A DNA stretch of 64,000 nt, from the NCBI GenBank assembly GCA_023140195.1, contig JAGLME010000004.1:8578-72577 (forward strand), written 5' to 3'. Positions 57,081 through 64,000 of the stretch are shown here, one piece after another. Both the position numbers and the translations under genes were made by a program. Positions within the stretch are counted from its first letter, which is position 1, and each line of letters begins with the position of its first letter. The stretch is from Thermoplasmata archaeon. Lineage in GTDB: Archaea; Thermoplasmatota; Thermoplasmata; RBG-16-68-12; SOIM01. Under the pieces are notes generated by a model. That model ran no database searches. It was not told where the DNA came from and saw nothing but the letters and a program-made list of their open reading frames with translations.

Positions 57081-59639
57081 ATGTCTCGCTCGGTCTCCCC
57101 TCTCCTAGTGTTGGTATTCTCGTTTCTCATACTGAACAGTCTGGTGATGGTTGTCAAGGCACCACCTGAGAATTGGGAAGTAACAACCCAGAGGTCGGGA
57201 TATTTTGTTGGGGAGAGAATCGAAGCACGGATGATATACACCTACCCGGGAAACCCGGCTGCCAATTTGACGGTCAAGTTCGAGTGGAAGGATCCGATGG
57301 GAGGGTGGATATTCAACGAAACCAAGGTGATGACGTTGTACTCCAACGACAAGTACGCGGCGGCCTTCAGCAACTGGACTGCCGACATGACTGGGACCGA
57401 CTTCACGGTCATAGGAACTCACGTATCTGAGGCGGAATTCTCCGAGGCTCATTTCGAAGTCTCAACATACGATGAAGTGGCGGTAGTGGAATCGCTCTCA
57501 ATAATCACCAGTCGACCCTTCTACGAGAACAACACTGTCGCCAAAGCAACAACGACAATGGGCTACCTGGGCAATGGAACCAAACTGGGGAACGTGACGG
57601 TCGAATGGCGATACCCCAACAGCACCCTTGCATTTTCAGAGAACGTCACTTCACCGGATGGGGGACCAAACGGAACCTCTGTGGTAAACAGCTTCTGGGC
57701 GGTAGACTTCGCGGGAACTGGCTTCGAGGTGCAGGCCACATACAACGGCGTCCAGCCGCTGACGGACACTGCCACCTTCGACGTGATTCCAGAAAGAGTG
57801 AAGACGTGGAAGAACGCGACCAGCGGGAGTGAAAATTGGACCGCGACCGATAGTCCTTATGGCGTGTGCGACAATATCACTGTCCAGCTAGGTACTACGT
57901 TGACGATCGAAGCCAGTTCAGTGATCAGGTTCTGTCCTGACACCGGGATCATAGTCCGCGGTGCACTGGTAATGGATGGCTCCCCGACCTCCAAGATCAA
58001 CCTGACATCATTCTCTTATCCCAGCAATAGAGGGGATTGGAAAGGTGTGAGCTTTGAACCGGAAAGCGTTGACTCGATATCCTTCGTCAACCAGGTAATC
58101 GTGGAATACTCCCGAATTGGACTTCTATTGAATGAGGCGTCACCGACTGTCACGAACGTATCAGTAGCGAACTCGTCGGTCAGCGGGATAGAGGTCCATC
58201 TTTCATACGTTCATATCGATGGAGTCAGGATTACCGACTCTGGACGCGGCATATACGCTGTTGATTCAACGCTTCAGCTAAGGAATTCGGAGATCCTCCG
58301 ATGCGACGACGGTGTCGCAATGGAGTACTCCAACGGGACACTGCAAGAGAACTGGATCCACCACAACACGAACAGAGGGATCTGGTTGGTAAGCTCCAAT
58401 CCGGGGATTTCGAGCAATACGATCCTGTCTAACACCAATGAAGGAATCAGGATAGACAACTCAATGGACGTTCTCCTGATGGACAACATCATCAGCGGGA
58501 GCACGATCGGGTTCTACGGCTTCCAATCAACCGGTTTGATTCTTCAGGAGAGTTACATTTCCAACGCTGCCTCGGTTGGGATCGCGGCATGGACATCGGA
58601 CGACGTTCTTGTCGAGAACTCGACCATTGCATCCTCGCTGACCAGCATCAGAGTGACGGCGGGATCCGATGTCACCACCTTGAACTGTACATTTGACGAT
58701 AATGCGACGTTCGTCTCCAGCGGATCCAGACTCTATGTCGACAACTACCTTGATGTGAGGGTGATGGACACGATTGGGACTCCTCTGGAGGATGCTTCTG
58801 TCACGCTTACGAAAGATGCTGTTCCGGGGCTGATAGGTTACTCCGGACCAGATGGGTGGCTGAAATGGAACATAGTCAGGTATGAGACGTTCATTGGGCC
58901 AAACCGGACTTTCACACAAGTGGCCTTGGATGTGAATCTCGATGGATACAACATTACCAACAGTCCGAGGGACGTGAACATGTCCGTGAGTCATACAGAG
59001 GACTTCGAAGGTCAACAGGTGGATATCCCGCCTGATGGGGATGGCATTGATGCATTCTTGATGATGATTCTCGGAATCGTGGGAGGTGTCATTGCGGCCC
59101 TAGCTGCGATCCTCTTCATATTGGCATGGCGTCGAAAGAAGAAGGCGGAGGAGCCCGATGAAGAGATCGGCGCTCCCGAGTTCGATCTGGAGGAAGGAAA
59201 AGCGTACATTGTGACTCAAGATGGGCCCAGCAGAGGATTCGAAAAGTTCGTCAGTGAGATTGGAGATGGGGCAAGTGGACTCTGCTTCACGAGAACGTAT
59301 CCCAAGAACCTCGAGAAGAGCTATGACCTGGAGAAGGCGAAGGTTCTCTGGCTGAGCAGGGACCTAGACAAGGGAGGACTCATACCAACTAACCTGGGCC
59401 TCATAACCAACGAGGTGGACAAGTTCCTCGACGAGAACAAAGACGGCAGAAGGCTCATACTACTGGACGGACTGGAATACCTAATCGCCCAGAACGGCTT
59501 CGGAAAGGTCCTCAAATTGTTGAACCATCTACGAGATATGATGGGCGTCAGCAACGGGACGCTCCTCATACCCTTCGACATGAAGAGCGTGGAGGAGAAG
59601 GAGGCCGCCATGCTCAAGGCGGATCTTGAGGTCGTGTAG
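57081..59639 (+). CDS. secreted beta-helix (NosD/CASH-like) protein with TM anchor and cytoplasmic DUF835-like domain
   Basis: Signal peptide, then parallel beta-helix repeats (N.T and GI.L motifs). TM LGIVGGVIAALAAILFILAW. The C-terminus (GLCFTRTYP...RLILLDGLEYLIAQNGF) matches the DUF835 pattern. Confidence 0.6.
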   Translation: MSRSVSPLLVLVFSFLILNSLVMVVKAPPENWEVTTQRSGYFVGERIEARMIYTYPGNPAANLTVKFEWKDPMGGWIFNETKVMTLYSNDKYAAAFSNWTADMTGTDFTVIGTHVSEAEFSEAHFEVSTYDEVAVVESLSIITSRPFYENNTVAKATTTMGYLGNGTKLGNVTVEWRYPNSTLAFSENVTSPDGGPNGTSVVNSFWAVDFAGTGFEVQATYNGVQPLTDTATFDVIPERVKTWKNATSGSENWTATDSPYGVCDNITVQLGTTLTIEASSVIRFCPDTGIIVRGALVMDGSPTSKINLTSFSYPSNRGDWKGVSFEPESVDSISFVNQVIVEYSRIGLLLNEASPTVTNVSVANSSVSGIEVHLSYVHIDGVRITDSGRGIYAVDSTLQLRNSEILRCDDGVAMEYSNGTLQENWIHHNTNRGIWLVSSNPGISSNTILSNTNEGIRIDNSMDVLLMDNIISGSTIGFYGFQSTGLILQESYISNAASVGIAAWTSDDVLVENSTIASSLTSIRVTAGSDVTTLNCTFDDNATFVSSGSRLYVDNYLDVRVMDTIGTPLEDASVTLTKDAVPGLIGYSGPDGWLKWNIVRYETFIGPNRTFTQVALDVNLDGYNITNSPRDVNMSVSHTEDFEGQQVDIPPDGDGIDAFLMMILGIVGGVIAALAAILFILAWRRKKKAEEPDEEIGAPEFDLEEGKAYIVTQDGPSRGFEKFVSEIGDGASGLCFTRTYPKNLEKSYDLEKAKVLWLSRDLDKGGLIPTNLGLITNEVDKFLDENKDGRRLILLDGLEYLIAQNGFGKVLKLLNHLRDMMGVSNGTLLIPFDMKSVEEKEAAMLKADLEVV

Positions 59640-59681
59640 GAGAGCTATTACATTTCAATTGACTTGGGAGTTGCACACTGA

Positions 59682-60356
59682 ATGAAGACCACGGTATTCA
59701 TTTCAATCGATGACACGGATATGGAGGGAGGAGAGGGAACAGGGAGATTGGCCAGGAGAATCGTAAGAGAGCTGGACCTGGACGTGGAAGGGGTCACAAG
59801 GCACCAATTGTTCATCCATCCCACCATCAAGTACACCAAAAGGAACAGCTGCAACGTGATAATGGCCAGGGCTGGTCTGGAGATACGGAATGCGGTGAAG
59901 GAGATAGTGTTGGAGAGGTTTCAAGAGGGTTCTGATCCAGGACTGGCAGTCGGATCGATCATCCCTAGATCCGTTCAGAGGTTCGGCCAGATGGCCCAGG
60001 GTAGGGTCCTTAGCAAACGGGATGCTGTCAAGATGGCTGAGGAAACCGGCATCTACCTGGAGGAACTGGGTGGAACAGGAGACGGTATCATCGGTGCACT
60101 TGCCGGACTGGGGCTGTGCTCGACCGGAGCCGACGGGAGATACGTATTGCTGGAGGGACTGAGGGAATTGCATGGCTCCGTCTCAGTGGAGAGGCTGTCA
60201 GGAATGGGTATCAACACAATTGTGCTGGACAGCGGAAAGAAGGTCCAAGTGGGAACGGTGATGACAGCCGAGAGGGTTCGTCCGAGCAGAGTTGCTGGAA
60301 GGCCACTCCTTTTCGTCAAAGAAGGTGAAGGGGGCTTCTACCCAGTCGTCCTTTGA
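59682..60356 (+). CDS. TiaS N-terminal kinase-domain (TCKD)-like protein, standalone 224 aa
   Basis: VFISIDDTDMEGGEGTGRLA and HQLFIHPTIKYTKRNSCNVIMA resemble TiaS IGIDDTDS..GMCTTYL and RLIRLNPTIPYKTRGNGAVSF (recalled from memory). No OB-fold or zinc ribbon. Confidence 0.4.
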   Translation: MKTTVFISIDDTDMEGGEGTGRLARRIVRELDLDVEGVTRHQLFIHPTIKYTKRNSCNVIMARAGLEIRNAVKEIVLERFQEGSDPGLAVGSIIPRSVQRFGQMAQGRVLSKRDAVKMAEETGIYLEELGGTGDGIIGALAGLGLCSTGADGRYVLLEGLRELHGSVSVERLSGMGINTIVLDSGKKVQVGTVMTAERVRPSRVAGRPLLFVKEGEGGFYPVVL

Positions 60357-60925
60357 TTCTGCAATCGTCCGAATGCCTTTATCGCGCCGAATGCCAAGAG
60401 GCCGCCTATTGCTCCAAATGTCAAGTGAGTGACCACCGAGTACGTGATCCCCAAGTGGATGAAGAAGACAGGTATCCCGACCATGGAAGCGATGACCAAT
60501 CCGACGAAGAACTTGGCGAAGTTTGCCAGAGCAGCCGCCGCGACCAGCTTGACCGCCCCAGAGTGTGCAGAGCCATTCCAAAGAATCACGTCGATAACGG
60601 CGCCCATGAACAAGTAGCGCGGTATCCCCAGCAGGAAACCTCCGCCCAATCCGAAGAAGGCCATCATGACACCGGATAGACCTCCGATCCCTGTTCCACC
60701 CAGCCTGTTCCGGGATGCGTTCCTTCCCAAAAGCATCAGCGGGATCACGTATAAGGCACTATGTCCCGGGATGTGTAGTGGCACTCGGAAGTAACCCTTT
60801 GCCAGGGCAACGAATAATGAGAATGAAGCAACGACAGCGACCGTGTACAGAACCTGTCCCAAGTATCCATATCTATCGCGGACCGGCGCGTCACTTTCAA
60901 ACACAGATGGTGTTCCCGTCCTCAA
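60338..60925 (-). CDS. integral membrane protein (5-6 TM)
   Basis: Hydrophobic Gly-rich helices throughout. 195 aa. Family not assigned. Confidence 0.4.
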   Translation of the reverse strand: MRTGTPSVFESDAPVRDRYGYLGQVLYTVAVVASFSLFVALAKGYFRVPLHIPGHSALYVIPLMLLGRNASRNRLGGTGIGGLSGVMMAFFGLGGGFLLGIPRYLFMGAVIDVILWNGSAHSGAVKLVAAAALANFAKFFVGLVIASMVGIPVFFIHLGITYSVVTHLTFGAIGGLLAFGAIKAFGRLQNQRTTG

Positions 60926-60929
60926 TCCC

Positions 60930-61421
60930 CTACGCTCCTACCCTAATATCAGTAACATCTCTTACTCTATCTTTCTTTTGCGTTTCTGGCGATGTGAACT
61001 TGGTCGTTCCCTTCTTGGTGAAATCCAATATGTATGAGTTGGATTCGTTTGAGATCTCGCCCCACGTGACCGTCCTTTCCTCCCCTGTGAGGTCACTAGT
61101 CAGAGTGATCTCAGTTGAATTGGTCAGCGAGGACTCGTTGACGATCAGGAGCATGACATCCTTCAACCGTGGTCCCTCGTCCGTGGCGCCAGAGCCGAGC
61201 GTGTCCACATAGCTGGTGGTTGGGAGCGTTTCCAGTTCAGACATCCTCACCTTCCCTATCGATTCGCTGCCGGACCAGAACTCGATCTTGTATTCGGTAT
61301 CATCAGTGCTGATGAGGTCGCTCAAGACGAACTCCCATAATGCAAATGCAAGGACTATGATGACGATCGCGGTGACTATGAGCACCACCGGTCGCTTGAG
61401 GCTTTCTGGGTTCTCCGCCAA
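60930..61421 (-). CDS. N-terminally anchored exported protein
   Basis: N-terminal TM VVLIVTAIVIIVLAFALW. 163 aa. 4-nt spacing to the previous gene. Confidence 0.35.
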   Translation of the reverse strand: MAENPESLKRPVVLIVTAIVIIVLAFALWEFVLSDLISTDDTEYKIEFWSGSESIGKVRMSELETLPTTSYVDTLGSGATDEGPRLKDVMLLIVNESSLTNSTEITLTSDLTGEERTVTWGEISNESNSYILDFTKKGTTKFTSPETQKKDRVRDVTDIRVGA

Positions 61422-61577
61422 CCTGATCCTGCTCCTTCGCAGGACATAATCGGATATGCTTACTTGAACATGTCGTCCCTGGACGACCTACAGCCAGAAT
61501 CTCTGTCTGGTCGTAGTTGGTGTGACAATACTACACAAATGATGCAAAAAGCCAGAACAAGATCCATTCTGGAAGAA

Positions 61578-62363
61578 TCATGCACCCCAATTCAGTTCGA
61601 TGCCGCATGCTGGGCAGTTGTCATCGTCGGAAGAGACGTCCGCATTGCATGATGGGCAGGAGAAGGCCTCATTCTGAAGCAGCTCCTCGAGTTCTTCCAG
61701 TCCGGAAGTGTCCTCGGGAGTATAATCCAACTCATCTAGGCCGGAAGTGTCCTTGGGAGTATAATCCAATTCATCCAGGCCGGCGTTCTTGAGCCTATCC
61801 CGCTTCTCCCTCAGAGTGTCCCTCAGAGTCTTGGCCTTTCTAGATGGGGCAGCTTCCTTGGTCCCAGAACGTTTCTTCTTGGCGCGAGTCTTGCGTCTCG
61901 GGAACTCTTCCCTTTTCTTCTTGGGTTTGTTCTTCAGAAAGCCCAATAACGGCTTCTTCTCCGCAGGTGTCTCCTCTTCCAAGAAATCCTCCAGTATGTC
62001 ATCATCATATGGAAGGCCTTCGAAGACGGAATCGGTCTTGTCCGACAGAGCGAGCATTTGCTGCCCGATCTCCCTGAGGTTCTGCTTCATTCCCTCAAGC
62101 TCTTCGCGCTCTTCCATGATTTCTGATTCTTTGCTCTTGAGGCTGACCTCCCAGGCGTCCAGGAATTCGTTTCTCTTGGCGAGTTTCTTTTCTGCCTCGA
62201 CCACCCTGACCTCCCTGGCCTTGAGCTTGTTCTGTACTGACTTGAGCGCCGCTTCCCGTTTCTGAACCCGGGCAATAACTCTGTTGAGGTCTTCCTTTGA
62301 ACGTATTCTGATTCCTTTGGTGGATTGAATAGGATAACCCAACGCGTCACTTGAGGAAGCCAT
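61578..62363 (-). CDS. coiled-coil protein with C-terminal zinc ribbon
   Basis: 261 aa, Lys/Glu-rich coiled coil, C-terminal CPSCN...CPACG. Confidence 0.4.
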   Translation of the reverse strand: MASSSDALGYPIQSTKGIRIRSKEDLNRVIARVQKREAALKSVQNKLKAREVRVVEAEKKLAKRNEFLDAWEVSLKSKESEIMEEREELEGMKQNLREIGQQMLALSDKTDSVFEGLPYDDDILEDFLEEETPAEKKPLLGFLKNKPKKKREEFPRRKTRAKKKRSGTKEAAPSRKAKTLRDTLREKRDRLKNAGLDELDYTPKDTSGLDELDYTPEDTSGLEELEELLQNEAFSCPSCNADVSSDDDNCPACGIELNWGA

Positions 62364-62559
62364 TGCGGAGAATCATAGAATGGGTATTGTAAAAGGGTTT
62401 TTGACAGTTTATCAAAAGTGATAGCCATATACGGAGGCGTTGGGATGATGGAAACGGCAAAATCCAAACAACAAGGAAGTGAGCCATTTCGATCCAAGCC
62501 AGGCCCGCCCCCAAAAACAATTTAAGCAATCATCCCATTGATAAGGCAAGGTGAGGTCG

Positions 62560-64000
62560 ATGCACGATTGGAATGGCCCCGTAAAGAAGCTGGATGATTT
62601 CCGCTACGAGATCCCCCAGAAGTACAAGAACGAGATGAGAACGAGAGGGATAATCTACGCGGACGAGAAGATGATAAGGTCCGTGGTCAAGGACAATGCC
62701 CCAGAGCAGGTTGCGAACGTCGCTACGCTGCCGGGGATAGTGGGCAGTTCGATGGCAATGCCGGACATACACTGGGGGTACGGCTTTCCGATAGGTGGCG
62801 TCGCCGCCTTCGGCATGGATGACGGTGTCGTTTCCCCCGGTGGAGTGGGGTTCGACATCAACTGCGGAGTCAGGATGCTGACCACGAACATGAACGTCAA
62901 CGATGTCACTCCCAAGATCAAGGACCTTGTGAACAAGATGTTCGAGAACGTGCCTTCGGGTGTGGGCTCCAGAGGAAAGATCCACGTGGACAACCAGACG
63001 CTCAGGAGGGTTCTGGAAGAAGGAGCTGGATGGGCCGTCGGCGAAGGGTACGGATGGGAGGGTGACATCGAACACCTGGAGGAGAACGGATGCTACAAGA
63101 TCGCGGACTCGGAGAAGGTCAGCCAGAAGGCCATTGAGAGGGGGAAGCCCCAGCTCGGGAGCCTTGGTGGGGGAAACCACTTCCTGGAGATCCAGAGGGT
63201 GGAGAAGATACTCCAGCCGGATATCGCCAGCAAGTGGGGAGTGACCCATAAGGACCAGGTGGTCGTAATGATCCACACCGGATCCAGGGGCTGCGGTCAC
63301 CAGATCGCGTCAGATTACATCAGGGTCATGGAACGGGCTGGAAAGAAGTATGGCATCAAGCTGTTGGACAGACAACTGGCTTGCGCTCCAGTTCATTCCG
63401 ATGAGGGTCAGGACTACCTGAAGGCGATGGCCTGCGGTGCGAACTATGCGTGGACGAACAGGCAGATGATACTGCACTGGGTCAGGCAGTCCTTCGAGAA
63501 GGTCTTCGACCAACCGGCAGAGGACATGGGTCTCAAGGTCATCTACGATGTGGCTCACAACATAGCGAAGATCGAGGAGCACGAGATAGAGGGAAAGAAG
63601 GTCGAGCTGTGTGTGCACAGGAAGGGGGCGACGAGGGCTTTCGGAAGCGGCAGGAACGAGGTCCCCCAGGATTACCGGGAGACAGGCCAGCCGGTCCTCA
63701 TACCGGGAGACATGGGAACCGCCAGCTACCTGCTGGTCGGGACGGACAAGGCGATGAAGGAATCGTGGGGTTCGACCTGCCACGGGGCCGGGAGGACCAT
63801 GTCAAGGAGGGCCGCGACGAGAAAGTTCAGCGTGGACCAGATCAAGAGCCAATTGAGCCGCAAGGGCATCTATATCCGCGCAGCCAGCAAGGACGGCATA
63901 GTGGAGGAGGCCCCGGATGCATACAAGGACATCGATGACGTGGTAAGGATCGCAGAAGGTGCGGGAATATCCAAGATCGTTGCAAGGATGCGCCCGATGG
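62560..64000 (+). CDS. rtcB: RNA-splicing ligase RtcB (3' end outside the window)
   Basis: ATG at 62560. Metal/GTP motifs GGGNHF and HTGSRGCGHQ. No stop before the window end. Missing from the ORF track because it is open-ended. Confidence 0.85.
   Translation, partial: MHDWNGPVKKLDDFRYEIPQKYKNEMRTRGIIYADEKMIRSVVKDNAPEQVANVATLPGIVGSSMAMPDIHWGYGFPIGGVAAFGMDDGVVSPGGVGFDINCGVRMLTTNMNVNDVTPKIKDLVNKMFENVPSGVGSRGKIHVDNQTLRRVLEEGAGWAVGEGYGWEGDIEHLEENGCYKIADSEKVSQKAIERGKPQLGSLGGGNHFLEIQRVEKILQPDIASKWGVTHKDQVVVMIHTGSRGCGHQIASDYIRVMERAGKKYGIKLLDRQLACAPVHSDEGQDYLKAMACGANYAWTNRQMILHWVRQSFEKVFDQPAEDMGLKVIYDVAHNIAKIEEHEIEGKKVELCVHRKGATRAFGSGRNEVPQDYRETGQPVLIPGDMGTASYLLVGTDKAMKESWGSTCHGAGRTMSRRAATRKFSVDQIKSQLSRKGIYIRAASKDGIVEEAPDAYKDIDDVVRIAEGAGISKIVARMRPM

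Noticed and set aside
62530-63300. 256-aa minus-strand ORF and 63450-63938 plus-strand ORF
   Set aside because: Both are alternative-frame or antisense shadows of rtcB, whose GGGNHF and HTGSRGCGH motifs define the real frame starting at 62560.

Overview
Coding-dense, GC-rich chromosomal segment that looks archaeal, judged from gene content: Kae1, Nop5, aIF-5A with its hypusine motif, RtcB, two-subunit 2-oxoacid:ferredoxin oxidoreductase, an iron-sulfur flavoprotein with the compact Cys motif, and many cell-surface giant proteins. It is probably euryarchaeal, Thermoplasmata/Methanomassiliicoccales-like, but lineage cannot be fixed from sequence alone. About 65 features are supportable, including one tRNA-Val(CAC). 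No rRNA, no CRISPR array, and no transposase or integrase were seen. The window splits into four parts. (i) 0-21 kb is housekeeping plus a sulfur-relay cluster (SQR-like/TusA/DsrE-like/AhpD-like), a standalone Ras-like GTPase, a TldD-PmbA operon and a metal/redox islet (CDF, ZIP, GDT1, peroxiredoxin, Isf). (ii) 21.9-29.5 kb holds a 1.4k-aa repeat-rich surface protein, MscS, and a roughly 610-bp tandem segmental duplication carrying tRNA-Val next to a decayed tRNA copy. (iii) 30-45 kb holds MtnA-family isomerase, Nop5-aIF5A-agmatinase, an ABC-2 transporter, korAB, and the most unusual locus: a tight four-gene minus-strand operon of three tandem Csa3-like CARF/wHTH proteins plus a PIN-domain protein, with no CRISPR-Cas context. 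(iv) 45.8-62.4 kb is a surface-protein island: beta-helix, PKD and repeat-domain giants, a beta-helix-TM-DUF835 protein, a membrane-anchored wHTH regulator and a TiaS-kinase-domain-like protein, ending with partial RtcB. The ORF track uses ATG/GTG/TTG starts, so several N-terminal extensions in it are artifacts and have been trimmed here.
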